From Gemmatimonadota bacterium (GTDB taxonomy: Bacteria > Gemmatimonadota > Gemmatimonadetes > Gemmatimonadales > GWC2-71-9), in contig JBDHHA010000010.1 in NCBI GenBank assembly GCA_039589615.1, positions 2,824 through 66,823 on the forward strand: a DNA stretch of 64,000 nt, in the 5' to 3' direction. Below, piece after piece: positions 37,965-47,376 of the stretch. A program made the translations under genes and the position numbers. The notes below the pieces were generated by a model, which was not told the origin of the DNA, did not search any database, and saw nothing but the letters and a program-made list of their open reading frames with translations. Every line of letters starts with the position of its first letter. Position 1 is the stretch's first letter.

Positions 37965-39269
37965 CTAGGGACCCTGAATAGCGAACATCAACGGCTGCTG
38001 CACCCGCACGCGGACAGCAACTCCCTGCACGCGTGCCGGCGTGTATACGCTCTCCAGAATCACGTCTCTCGCCGCGGTCTCGAACAGGGCGTGCGCGGAC
38101 GAGAGAATCCGGACCGAGGCAGCCTCCACGTGTCCGGTCGTGTCGATCACGAACTCCAGTATCACCTCCCCCTCGACCCCGGCTTGTTTGAGCATCTCGG
38201 GATACCGGAGAGGCGGCCCGGACACCTGCTGCGGTAGCTCGTCTACCTCGGCGATCCCCACCTCTGTGGGAGCAACGGGCGTGGTGTCCGCCGCCATCAC
38301 AGTTTCCGCCTGCGCGCCGGCCGCTTCGAGTGCGTCAATGGTTGCGACGCTCCCGTTGATCCGCGCCGCCGTCAACGCCGTAGCCCCGTCCCGGTCTCGG
38401 ATGTTGGGATCCGCCCCGCGGTCCAGCAGCGTCGCGACGATGGCGGCGTGCCCCTGCAACGCCGCGAGCATCAACGACGACATTCCGGCTTCACTCACCG
38501 CGTCGAGGTCGGCGTCGTGATAGACCAGCTGGTTGACGAGCGCCGCGTTTCCCCGGACACTGGCGACCAGCAGGGCCGTCGTTCCCGCGTCGTTCTTCAG
38601 GTTGGGATCGGCTCCTTTGCCGAGGAGCGCCGCGGCAGTCTGCGTGTGCCCCCCGATGGCCGCACTGATCAGTGCGGTCAACCCGAGGCCGGCGGTGACG
38701 TTGGGATCGGCTCCGTGGTCCAGCAGCGCACTGACCACCTCGGTGTGGCCGGCGATTGCCGCGTCGATCACCGCCGGCAGACCACGACCATCCACCTCAT
38801 TGGGGTCGGCACCGGCCTCCAGGAGCATGCGCACCACGCTACCGTGGGTGGGCCCCAAGGCGAGACGGAGGACACTGTTCCCCTCGTCGTTGATGGACAT
38901 GGCGTCGGCGCCCTTCTCGAGGAGTGCAGCCACCACCGCCGCATGGCCCTCGAACGCCGCCAGGGCCAACGCCGTCCACCCATCACTCGATCGCACATCC
39001 GCCGTTGCTCCCCGGGCCAACAACAGCTGCACGATTTCGGTATGCCCGGGCCCGGCCGCCGCCATCAAGGCCGTGAACCCGGTTTCCGCCTGCGCGTTGA
39101 CGTCTGCTCCTTGGGCCAGCAAGGTCACTACGGTCTCCAACTGACCGCCCGCCGCCGCCCGCATGAGGGCGAGTGGGTCGTCCTGGGTCGCAGACTGGGC
39201 CGTTAGCGGGGACCAGACCGCCACCAGCCATGCCAACACCCATGAACGGGCCAACCGCTTCACCGTCAC
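37965..39269 (-). CDS. Secreted protein: nine ankyrin repeats fused to a TonB C-terminal domain
   Basis: Signal peptide ...PLTAQS, then 9 x 33-aa ANK units (G.TAL..AA..GH...V..LL..GADPN). The C-terminus PPLRYPEMLKQAGVEGEVILEFVIDTTGHV... is typical of TonB_C. Confidence 0.8.
   Translation of the reverse strand: MTVKRLARSWVLAWLVAVWSPLTAQSATQDDPLALMRAAAGGQLETVVTLLAQGADVNAQAETGFTALMAAAGPGHTEIVQLLLARGATADVRSSDGWTALALAAFEGHAAVVAALLEKGADAMSINDEGNSVLRLALGPTHGSVVRMLLEAGADPNEVDGRGLPAVIDAAIAGHTEVVSALLDHGADPNVTAGLGLTALISAAIGGHTQTAAALLGKGADPNLKNDAGTTALLVASVRGNAALVNQLVYHDADLDAVSEAGMSSLMLAALQGHAAIVATLLDRGADPNIRDRDGATALTAARINGSVATIDALEAAGAQAETVMAADTTPVAPTEVGIAEVDELPQQVSGPPLRYPEMLKQAGVEGEVILEFVIDTTGHVEAASVRILSSAHALFETAARDVILESVYTPARVQGVAVRVRVQQPLMFAIQGP
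38289..39179 (-). repeat. Nine tandem 99-bp (33-codon) ankyrin repeat units, coding
   Basis: The periodicity is visible in the translation of 37965..39269. The boundaries are approximate. Confidence 0.7.
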
Positions 39270-39292
39270 GTCTCTCTGGTAGTTCCTGATGG

Positions 39293-40858
39293 TTATTGCT
39301 TCCTCTCAAACACGATGTCGCTCACCGCAGGCTCCAGCGGAATCGCCAGTCGGTCGATCTCGCCTTTGCCGTTGTAGGCGAACTTGGCGAACAGTCCCTC
39401 GACGGGACCTGAGCCGGGATCCTCGGTTGACACCCGAAAAATATCGTAGTGATAATGCTCGAGGGTACCTGTGCGGCCCTCCCACTGGAATGTGAGCGCC
39501 CCTGCCTGCATGTCCACCGTCACGACGCCATAGGCCGGATGTTCGTAGGTACCGGCATACTCACCGAGGTCGTGGCTCGGCGAGGTTCCCTGCCGCTGCT
39601 CCTTCTCACGCTCTGCACGCTGCTGCGCCTGGCGCTCCTCGGCCCGCTCCTGCTGCTCCAGGGTTCGGCCGACCCAGTCCACCTGCTCTTCACCCAACAG
39701 CCGGTCGTACACGTTGCGCATGACGATGGTCGGGACCGGATTGGTGCCCGAGAGATTGGAGAGCACCATGACGCCGATCTTTTCCTGCGGCATCCATGAC
39801 ATGGCGGAGATGAAACCGTCGATCCCGCCACCATGTTGTACGACCGTGCGACCGTGGTAGCTCGTCAACGAAACGCCGAGACCGTAGACGCTGTGTCCCA
39901 GTTCCTCGAACTGGACCTGCCCTGCGATCGCCATCTCGGGGGTCTCCAGCACCCGGGACCCCCGCTCGGAGAGTAACCGTTCACCGTCGTACTCACCCCG
40001 GTCGATCCGGAATTGCAGATAGTGCAGCATCTCTTCGACACTCGAGTTGATCGATCCCGCCGGACCTATTTGGTCGATGTTCCGAAACGGCACGCGCGTC
40101 ACGTCTCCATCAACGAGCACGTAGGGATACGAGAAATCGTCGCTCGCCGGCATGTCCGTCACCGACATGTTGGTCCGGGTCATCCCCAACGGTCGGAGAA
40201 TCCGGGCCGTCACGAGATCCTCCCACCTCGACCCCGCCACCTGCCCCGCCAGATAGCCGGCGGTCATGAACATGAGGTTCTGATACTGATAGATGTTCCG
40301 GAACGTGGCATTCGGCTCCAGGTAGCGTAGACGATCGTACAGCTCCTTGCGCGTCAGATCCCGCCCGTACCACAGGGCGTCGTGGCGCGGCAGGCCGGAT
40401 TGATGGGACACCAGGTCTCTGGGCGTCATGAGCCGTGTGGCCACTGGATCGTAGAGCCGGAAGTCGGGCAGGTATGTCCGCACCGGCTCATTCCAATCCA
40501 GCTTCTCCTCATCCACCAGCATGGCCAGAAGTGTCGTCGTGAACGACTTCGTGTTGGAGCCGATCGCCATGAGGGTGCGCGGCGTCACCGGGAGCCCGTC
40601 CTCCACATTCCGATACCCGAAGCCCTTGGAGAGGACCACCTCACCATCTTTGATGGCGGCGACGGCCAGGCCGGGGAGCTTCCACCGCTCCAGCACCGAT
40701 TGGACGAAATCGTCGAAGCCGTCGAAGTCGGCTGCGGCAGTCGTCGCCTCGATGCCCGTGGTGACCGGGATAGTTGACGGATCGACTTGCGCGCTCCCGA
40801 CGACGGGCGACGCGGCGAGGCCCAGACTCAACACTGCAGTGTGACGAAGCCAACGCAT
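39293..40858 (-). CDS. Secreted serine hydrolase, beta-lactamase fold with an extra C-terminal beta domain
   Basis: Internal ATG with signal peptide ...GSAQ. SxxK motif (GSNTKSF). The C-terminal ~110 aa (GTYEHPAYGVVTV...) resembles the DUF3471-type lipocalin-like add-on. Confidence 0.8.
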   Translation of the reverse strand: MRWLRHTAVLSLGLAASPVVGSAQVDPSTIPVTTGIEATTAAADFDGFDDFVQSVLERWKLPGLAVAAIKDGEVVLSKGFGYRNVEDGLPVTPRTLMAIGSNTKSFTTTLLAMLVDEEKLDWNEPVRTYLPDFRLYDPVATRLMTPRDLVSHQSGLPRHDALWYGRDLTRKELYDRLRYLEPNATFRNIYQYQNLMFMTAGYLAGQVAGSRWEDLVTARILRPLGMTRTNMSVTDMPASDDFSYPYVLVDGDVTRVPFRNIDQIGPAGSINSSVEEMLHYLQFRIDRGEYDGERLLSERGSRVLETPEMAIAGQVQFEELGHSVYGLGVSLTSYHGRTVVQHGGGIDGFISAMSWMPQEKIGVMVLSNLSGTNPVPTIVMRNVYDRLLGEEQVDWVGRTLEQQERAEERQAQQRAEREKEQRQGTSPSHDLGEYAGTYEHPAYGVVTVDMQAGALTFQWEGRTGTLEHYHYDIFRVSTEDPGSGPVEGLFAKFAYNGKGEIDRLAIPLEPAVSDIVFERKQ

Positions 40859-41004
40859 AGTGTCCTCCAAGCGGTGTAACACGTTCGGTAACGGAAGGTT
40901 ACCTGAAGGTCCGACTCCTCGCCAGAAACCCCTCCTGGGGGTTGGTTGAGCCATGCCGGGACCGGCGGCTATCTTGTAGCCCCGTTCCGATTCGAACCGA
41001 GAGC

Positions 41005-43080
41005 ATGGAGACGATTATGAGACCCGTTCGGTACGTGCTGCTGACGTCCATCCTGTCGATGATGCTTGCCACACCCGTGTGGGCGGTCCGTCAGATCGAT
41101 GACGACGACGCACGGCTCAAATTGGCGGACGTGTTCGAGCTCGAGTTCGCATCCAATCCCGAGATCTCCCCCCTCGGCGACCAGATCGTCTTCGTCCGGA
41201 ACTTCATGGACATCATGACGGACCGTCCGCGCTCCAACCTCTGGATCGTGAACTCCGACGGGTCCGACCTGCAACCACTGACCAGCGGCAATCACAACTA
41301 CAACTCCCCGCGGTGGTCGCCGGACGGGAAGCGCCTCCTGTACGCGTCCAACGAGGAGGGATCGACGCAGCTCTACGTCCGCTGGATGGAAACCGGACAG
41401 GTGGCCAAGCTCACGCAGCTCACGCGTTCACCGGGGGGACTCACGTGGTCACCGGACGGCAACTGGATTGCGTTCTCCATGTTCGTGCCGGACACGCCGG
41501 CGCCGTTCGTGCAGTTGCCCTCGAGGCCAGAGGGCGCCGAGTGGGCCGAGGCGGCCCGGTTCATCGAGAGCGTCCAGTATCGCGCGGACGGCTCCGGATT
41601 CCTCGAGACCGGTTACACGCACCTCTTCGTACTGCCGGCGGAAGGCGGTACGCCGCGCCAAGTGACGTCGGGGTCGTTCAACCACGGCGGCACGCCCTCC
41701 TGGACGCCCGACAGCAAAACGCTCGTGTTCTCCGCCAACCGCCACGACAACTGGGAGTACGAAGGCAGGAACTCCGAGGTCTACGAGCTTTCTCTCGAGG
41801 ACGGCTCGTTACGGGCACTCACGGACCGCTACGGTCCGGACAACAACGCCATCGTGTCTCCCGACGGGCGGCGCATCGCCTACCTCGGCTACGACGACCG
41901 GCACCAGGGATACCAGGTCACCCACCTGTACGTCATGAACCGGGACGGCAGCGGGAAGCAGATGCTCGCGCGGGATCTCGACCGTGACGTGTCACAACCC
42001 AAATGGAGCGGCGACAGCCGCGGGATCTATTTCCAGTATGACGACGAGGGCGACACGAAATTGGCGTACGCGGCGTTGAACGGCGACGTGGAGACCTACG
42101 TGGGTGACGTTGGAGGACTCTCACTGGGGCGGCCCTACAGTGGCGGCGTCTTCTCCGTGTCCGCCAGCGGAATATTCGCCTACACCCACTCCCGGCCCAG
42201 CCACCCGGCGGACGTCGCGGTGAGCCAGCGAGGGTCTACGGAGGGAACCCGCATCACCCGGCTCAACGACGACCTCTTCGGATACAAGGTACTGGGCGAC
42301 GTGGAGGAGATCTGGTTCGAGTCATCTCACGACGGCCGGCGGGTGCAGGGCTGGATCGTGAAGCCGCCCAACTTCAACCCCAACACCAAATATCCCCTGG
42401 TGCTGGAGATTCACGGCGGTCCCTTCGCCAACTACGGCGATCGCTTCTCCGCCGAACTGCAGCTCTATGCCGCGGCGGGATACGTGGGGCTCTACACCAA
42501 CCCCCGGGGCAGCACCAGCTACGGTGAGGAGTTCGGCAACCTGATCCACCACGCCTATCCGGGCTTCGACTACGACGACTTGATGTCGGGCGTCGACGCG
42601 GTGATCGCTCGTGGCTATGTCGACGAGGACAATCTGTTCGTGACCGGCGGCAGCGGAGGTGGTGTGCTGAGCAGTTGGATCGTCGGCAAGACCGATCGGT
42701 TCCGTGCTGCGGTGGTGGCCAAGCCGGTGATCAACTGGTACAGCTGGGTGTTGACGGCGGACATGTATGTGGGCGGCGTGAAGTATTGGTTCCCCGGTGT
42801 ACCGTGGGAGAACCTGGACCACTACATGGAGCGCTCTCCCCTGTCCTTCGTCGGCAACGTCACGACACCCACAATGTTGTTGACGGGTGAAGCCGACTAC
42901 CGCACGCCCATGTCGGAGTCGGAGCAGTTCTATCAGGCCCTCAAGCTGCAGGGGAAAGAAGCGTCCCTGGTGCGGATACCGGGAGCGTCGCACGGCATCG
43001 CCGCCCGGCCCAGCAATCTGATGACCAAAGTGGCGTACATCCTGGGATGGTTCGAGAAATACCGCCGCCCCACCATGTGA
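41005..43080 (+). CDS. S9 family peptidase (prolyl oligopeptidase/acylaminoacyl-peptidase type) with an N-terminal TolB-like beta-propeller
   Basis: Signal peptide, repeated SPDG propeller blades, nucleophile elbow GGSGGG, and distal Asp/His regions (GEADYR, GASHG). Confidence 0.85.
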   Translation: METIMRPVRYVLLTSILSMMLATPVWAVRQIDDDDARLKLADVFELEFASNPEISPLGDQIVFVRNFMDIMTDRPRSNLWIVNSDGSDLQPLTSGNHNYNSPRWSPDGKRLLYASNEEGSTQLYVRWMETGQVAKLTQLTRSPGGLTWSPDGNWIAFSMFVPDTPAPFVQLPSRPEGAEWAEAARFIESVQYRADGSGFLETGYTHLFVLPAEGGTPRQVTSGSFNHGGTPSWTPDSKTLVFSANRHDNWEYEGRNSEVYELSLEDGSLRALTDRYGPDNNAIVSPDGRRIAYLGYDDRHQGYQVTHLYVMNRDGSGKQMLARDLDRDVSQPKWSGDSRGIYFQYDDEGDTKLAYAALNGDVETYVGDVGGLSLGRPYSGGVFSVSASGIFAYTHSRPSHPADVAVSQRGSTEGTRITRLNDDLFGYKVLGDVEEIWFESSHDGRRVQGWIVKPPNFNPNTKYPLVLEIHGGPFANYGDRFSAELQLYAAAGYVGLYTNPRGSTSYGEEFGNLIHHAYPGFDYDDLMSGVDAVIARGYVDEDNLFVTGGSGGGVLSSWIVGKTDRFRAAVVAKPVINWYSWVLTADMYVGGVKYWFPGVPWENLDHYMERSPLSFVGNVTTPTMLLTGEADYRTPMSESEQFYQALKLQGKEASLVRIPGASHGIAARPSNLMTKVAYILGWFEKYRRPTM

Positions 43081-43117
43081 CGGCCGAGTCGTCGCATTGA
43101 GCTGGCTCCGGAGGAAC

Positions 43118-43146
43118 GGCCGGCGGCGGAACTCCCGCCGCCGGCC
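43118..43146. terminator. Perfect 12-bp GC hairpin between convergent genes (possible bidirectional terminator)
   Basis: GGCCGGCGGCGG-AACTC-CCGCCGCCGGCC read directly. There is no U-tract on either side. Confidence 0.45.
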
Positions 43147-43157
43147 CACACGGGTAA

Positions 43158-44429
43158 TCAGGAATAGCCGGCGATCATCTCCGCCAGGCGGTCCAGCCCC
43201 ATGAGCATGTTGTCCTCCGGAGGGCCGAAGGAGAACCTGACCCAGTGGGCGTACTCGTCATTCGCCGGGCGGTTCGCTCCGGGATTCACATCGAAGAACC
43301 TTCCGGGGACCGTCATCACCTTTCGCTTCAGTCCCTCATGGAAGAACACGTCGGCGTCATTGAGGGGCTCGGGCAGTGATCCGATACTGGCCCACACGTA
43401 GAACGTGCCGGTCGGCGGATGGTCACAGGGAATCCCCATGGCCTCGAGACGCCCGATCATGAGGTTCCGCTTCCGTGTGAACACGTTCCGCAATGCGCTC
43501 GTCTCTTGATCGGCGCGCTCGGGCTCCAGGACGTGGAGCGCAGCGCGTTGCACGGCGGTGCTGGGGCCGCCGTCGATGGCGCTCGCGGCTCGATTCATCA
43601 TCTCGATGATGTGCGGCGGCCCCACCGCCCACCCCATACGCCATCCTGGATACCGAAAGCTCTTCGTGAGCCCGTCGATCACCAGCACCGGATCTGTCTC
43701 GACATCTTCCACGTAGCGCGCCGCCGAGACCGGGCCGTCGCCCGGTGTGCCGTCGCTGGCGTACACGAAGTGGGAGTAGAACTCGTCCAGCAATAGAGTG
43801 CAGTCCAGCTCGCGGCCGATGGCCACGTAGCGCTCGAGCTCGTCGCCCCGTACGAACTGCCCCGTGGGATTGCAGGGATTGCTGATGAGGTATGCTCGAA
43901 GCTCGTGCTCCCGGATGGCCGCCTCAAACTCATCGCTCGAGGACACGAATCCCCGCTCCGGCGTCGTGGGCACGAGGATGGGATGCACCCGGTACTGGTG
44001 ATAGTCGAGCATATCCTCGTACGCCGTGTAGTCGGGGATCTGATACCCCACGTTCACCGAACCCAGCGTCGCGAACATCCGGGACAGCGTGAGGCGCCCC
44101 CCGGACGCGATGCTCACGTTCGACCTGTCGTACTTGGATGCCTTGCCTTGCCGGTACAACCGGTTGTAGTGCTCCGCCACGACGTCCCGCAGCTCGTCGG
44201 TGCCGCCCACGGGCCCGTAGGCGTGATCGTGGGGTTCCAGCTCGATGGTCGAGTACCGCTGGGGACCGCCCTCCATGGGTCCCACCTCGGGTTGCCCCTG
44301 GCCGAGGTTCGACCAGTCGGGGTGACCGTTGCGGAAGCCGAGCTTCACGGCCTCGGCCACGACCCAGATGACGCCCATGTAGGGGACGGGCCGGAAGGTA
44401 TCGGTGGCGGTGTGATTGGTTGCCGTCAC
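43158..44429 (-). CDS. Pyridoxal-phosphate-dependent aminotransferase (class I/II)
   Basis: 423 aa. NPCNPTG motif and the PLP-lysine context GLTKSFRYPGWRMGW. Confidence 0.85.
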   Translation of the reverse strand: MTATNHTATDTFRPVPYMGVIWVVAEAVKLGFRNGHPDWSNLGQGQPEVGPMEGGPQRYSTIELEPHDHAYGPVGGTDELRDVVAEHYNRLYRQGKASKYDRSNVSIASGGRLTLSRMFATLGSVNVGYQIPDYTAYEDMLDYHQYRVHPILVPTTPERGFVSSSDEFEAAIREHELRAYLISNPCNPTGQFVRGDELERYVAIGRELDCTLLLDEFYSHFVYASDGTPGDGPVSAARYVEDVETDPVLVIDGLTKSFRYPGWRMGWAVGPPHIIEMMNRAASAIDGGPSTAVQRAALHVLEPERADQETSALRNVFTRKRNLMIGRLEAMGIPCDHPPTGTFYVWASIGSLPEPLNDADVFFHEGLKRKVMTVPGRFFDVNPGANRPANDEYAHWVRFSFGPPEDNMLMGLDRLAEMIAGYS

Positions 44430-44516
44430 GAAGGCGCTACTCCTCGCTGTATTGCATCGGGTGGATTCTCGGTAGAGCTTTACGACCGCGACATATCCTA
44501 ACCCGGAGTCCCTGGC

Positions 44517-45503
44517 ATGCGCAAAGTGTTGTTTCTTCTCGTGCTGAGCGGGCCCCTAGCCGCTCAACAACAGACACCCCTCCGCCCCGTCCACACCTAC
44601 TCCATCGTGGCCATGGACTCGGTGACCGGGGATCTGGGCGTGGCCGTCCAGTCCCACTGGTTCAACGTGGGCGCGGTGGTGACGTTCGCCGAGCCCGGAG
44701 TGGGCGCCGTGGCCACCCAGTCGTTCGTGGATCCCGGTTACGGGCCGAAGGGCCTGTATCTGATGCGGAACGGCACACCGGCACCTGCGGCCCTGGCCGC
44801 GTTGCTGCGTGCCGACCCCGACAGCCAGGTGCGTCAAGTTGCGATGATCGATGTCGAGGGAAACGTCGCCGCCCACACCGGCTCGAACGACATCCCCGCC
44901 GCAGGACACGAGACGGGCCGGTGGTACTCGGCCCAAGCCAACCTGATGCGCAACGCCGACGTCTGGCCCGCCATGGCCCGGGCCTTCGAGACGACCCGGG
45001 GCGACCTCGCCGAGCGTCTCCTCGCGGCCCTGGAGGCGGCCGAAGCGGCCGGGGGCGACATCAGGGGGAAACAGTCTGCCGCAATCATCGTCGTGTCCGG
45101 GGACAGGAACGCCAAACCGTGGGAACGGCTCTTCGATCTTCGCGTGGAGGACCATCCCAATCCCCTGGGGGAAATGCGTCGGCTACTGACGGTGGCGCGG
45201 GCGTACCGCGCCGCCACCGACGGTGACAATTTCATGACCACCGGACAAGTGGATTCGGCCCTGGCGGCGTACACCCGGGCCGCTGGGTATCTCCCCGACG
45301 AAGCCACCAACGGGGAACTGATCTATTGGCAGGCGGTCACCATGGCCGACCTGGGACGGGTCGACGAGGCTATTCCTTTCTTTAGGCGGGCGTTCGCACA
45401 GGACGAGAGCTGGATCGAGTTGTTGAGGAGACTGCCGACGGTTGGGTTACTGAGCGCGGACGCGGCGACTATCGAGAGGATCGTGAGGGAGGCGAGGAGG
45501 TAG
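44517..45503 (+). CDS. DUF1028 (Ntn-hydrolase fold) protein with a C-terminal TPR-like extension
   Basis: Signal peptide, then TYSIVAMDSVTGDLGVAVQSHWFNVG, typical of the DUF1028 N-terminal nucleophile region. Confidence 0.75.
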   Translation: MRKVLFLLVLSGPLAAQQQTPLRPVHTYSIVAMDSVTGDLGVAVQSHWFNVGAVVTFAEPGVGAVATQSFVDPGYGPKGLYLMRNGTPAPAALAALLRADPDSQVRQVAMIDVEGNVAAHTGSNDIPAAGHETGRWYSAQANLMRNADVWPAMARAFETTRGDLAERLLAALEAAEAAGGDIRGKQSAAIIVVSGDRNAKPWERLFDLRVEDHPNPLGEMRRLLTVARAYRAATDGDNFMTTGQVDSALAAYTRAAGYLPDEATNGELIYWQAVTMADLGRVDEAIPFFRRAFAQDESWIELLRRLPTVGLLSADAATIERIVREARR

Positions 45504-45513
45504 GCAGCGATCA

Positions 45514-45554
45514 GGGAGCAGTGCATGGCCGCTTCACGACCGACCACTGCTCCC
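45514..45554. terminator. 10-bp inverted repeat between convergent genes
   Basis: GGGAGCAGTG-(21 nt)-CACTGCTCCC read directly. The loop is long and there is no U-tract. Confidence 0.3.
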
Positions 45555-45562
45555 GCGTCCGG

Positions 45563-46156
45563 TCAAAAATTCGAATACTGCATCACCTCCGCGATGGCCT
45601 GGCTGAGGTTGTCGAACGCCACCACTCGCCAGTCACCCTCAACCCGTTCCAGTCTCAACTGGATGACCATCGGGATTGCACCGGCAGCTTCGTCCAGCAA
45701 TTCGATGGCCACGATCGCCCCGTCCCCCTCACGCTGCTCCTCCAAGACGCCGCGGTAGGCCTCGCCCAACTCCTCAAACGGCAGCGGTTGGGTGCCGAGA
45801 ACCATAGCAAGGGGGCCTTCCTGCAAAGACTCGGGATCGAGCATCATCTGCCAGAACAGTTGCTCCATGAGGGGCGCGATCATGGGTCGGAACCCTTCCA
45901 GCATCTCGATGCCCAGTCCACCCGTCTGCCGACGGAAACGCTCCGGATCGGCCTGCCCCATGATTGACGCCGCCTGGAGGAGTGGATCCACCGCCGACTC
46001 GGCGACGCTCCGGATGTCGATGTATCGGGCCACTTCTACGCTGTCTCGCATACGCACCGCATCGACGAGGAGATCGACCGTTTCCGACGGCGTCGGTCCG
46101 AAATCGCAGGCAACGCCTGCCAGCAACAAAAAGGTTGTGGTCAGCGAGCGTTTCAT
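45563..46156 (-). CDS. Hypothetical lipoprotein
   Basis: Internal ATG with a lipobox (LLLAGVAC). No family recognised. Confidence 0.55.
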   Translation of the reverse strand: MKRSLTTTFLLLAGVACDFGPTPSETVDLLVDAVRMRDSVEVARYIDIRSVAESAVDPLLQAASIMGQADPERFRRQTGGLGIEMLEGFRPMIAPLMEQLFWQMMLDPESLQEGPLAMVLGTQPLPFEELGEAYRGVLEEQREGDGAIVAIELLDEAAGAIPMVIQLRLERVEGDWRVVAFDNLSQAIAEVMQYSNF

Positions 46157-46180
46157 GGAGTTCTCTCCAGTCGAGGCAGA

Positions 46181-46209
46181 TTGACAGCTACGGTCCACTA
46201 CGGTAAACC
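46181..46209 (+). promoter_or_regulatory. Candidate promoter (TTGACA-17-TAAACC) containing a CTACGGT direct repeat
   Basis: Read directly. The spacer contains CTACGGTccaCTACGGT. AGGAGG sits 5 nt upstream of the ATG at 46261. Confidence 0.3.
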
Positions 46210-46260
46210 ACATTAACGTGTTTCGATGCTGACCCCAACCCCGGTCGTCCAGGAGGACCA

Positions 46261-47370
46261 ATGCCATCCGCCACAAAAGCCCGATGCACCGCACTGATTG
46301 TCTTGGCGTCTGCCGCCACCGCGCTTCCAGGCTGCGCTCCTGCGCAAGTCGAGGATTCAGAACTCGTGGCCCGCATCGCCTCCATGGCACGAGCCGAGGT
46401 CAGCTCGGATACGACCGCCAGCGTGGCCATTGGCGTGATGCGCGGAGCGGAGGTGATTCTTGCGGAAGGCTACGGACATGCCGACATCGAGAACGACGTA
46501 CACGCCACCGCCGAAACGGTATACCGCATCGGTTCCATAACGAAACAATTCACGTCGACTGCCATCATGCAGCTCGTCGAGCGCGGGGACATCGACCCGG
46601 ACGACGAGATCACGGAGTTTCTTCCCGACTACGCCACGCAGGGGCACCGCATCACGATTCATCACTTGTTGACACACACCTCGGGAATCAAGAGTTACAC
46701 CGGCTTGGGCCGCGAACACAGGAATCGCACCTTCCGCGTCGACCTCACACACGATGAGTTGATCGACATGTTCGAGGATGAGCCATTCGACTTTGGCCCG
46801 GGTGAACAGTGGCGATACAACAACTCGGGCTATTACCTCTTGGGTGTGATCATCGAGCGGGTGACCGGCCAATCCTACGCGGACTATCTCGACGAGCACA
46901 TCTACGGTCCGTTGGAGATGAACGCCTCATCCTATTGCGGCGAGAAGAAGATCATTCCGAACCGTGCCGAGGGATACGAGCGGAGCGATGGGCGGTTGGT
47001 GAACGATGATCCCCTCAGCATGAACATCCCGGGCGCGGCCGGCGCGTTGTGCTCGAGCGTGACGGATCTGTTGAAATGGCAGACGGCGATGAACGCCAAT
47101 AGCCTCATCAGCCAGCAATCCTACGACCTCATGACCACGCCGGCCCGACTCAACAACGACAGCGTCACCACGTACGGCTACGGACTGGCTGTGAGAGAAA
47201 CGAACGGACACCGCCGGATCGCCCACGGCGGCGGCATCAACGGGTTTGTGACCATGCTGGCGTACTACCCCGACGACGATCTCACGGTTGTGGTGTTGTC
47301 GAACACCCCGGGGGCCCACCCCGGGACCATGGAGCAGCAGATCGCTGAGTGGGCGCTGGAGAACGACTAG
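46261..47370 (+). CDS. Serine hydrolase lipoprotein, beta-lactamase fold
   Basis: Lipobox ALPGC and SxxK motif (GSITKQF). It is a paralogue of 36776..37963 and 39293..40858. Confidence 0.8.
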   Translation: MPSATKARCTALIVLASAATALPGCAPAQVEDSELVARIASMARAEVSSDTTASVAIGVMRGAEVILAEGYGHADIENDVHATAETVYRIGSITKQFTSTAIMQLVERGDIDPDDEITEFLPDYATQGHRITIHHLLTHTSGIKSYTGLGREHRNRTFRVDLTHDELIDMFEDEPFDFGPGEQWRYNNSGYYLLGVIIERVTGQSYADYLDEHIYGPLEMNASSYCGEKKIIPNRAEGYERSDGRLVNDDPLSMNIPGAAGALCSSVTDLLKWQTAMNANSLISQQSYDLMTTPARLNNDSVTTYGYGLAVRETNGHRRIAHGGGINGFVTMLAYYPDDDLTVVVLSNTPGAHPGTMEQQIAEWALEND

Positions 47371-47376
47371 CGGCGC

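Noticed and set aside
38289-39179. Regular ~99-bp periodic repetition that could be mistaken for a tandem repeat or CRISPR-like array.
   Set aside because: The periodicity is in-frame ankyrin repeat coding sequence. The units are divergent at the DNA level and have no spacer/repeat structure.
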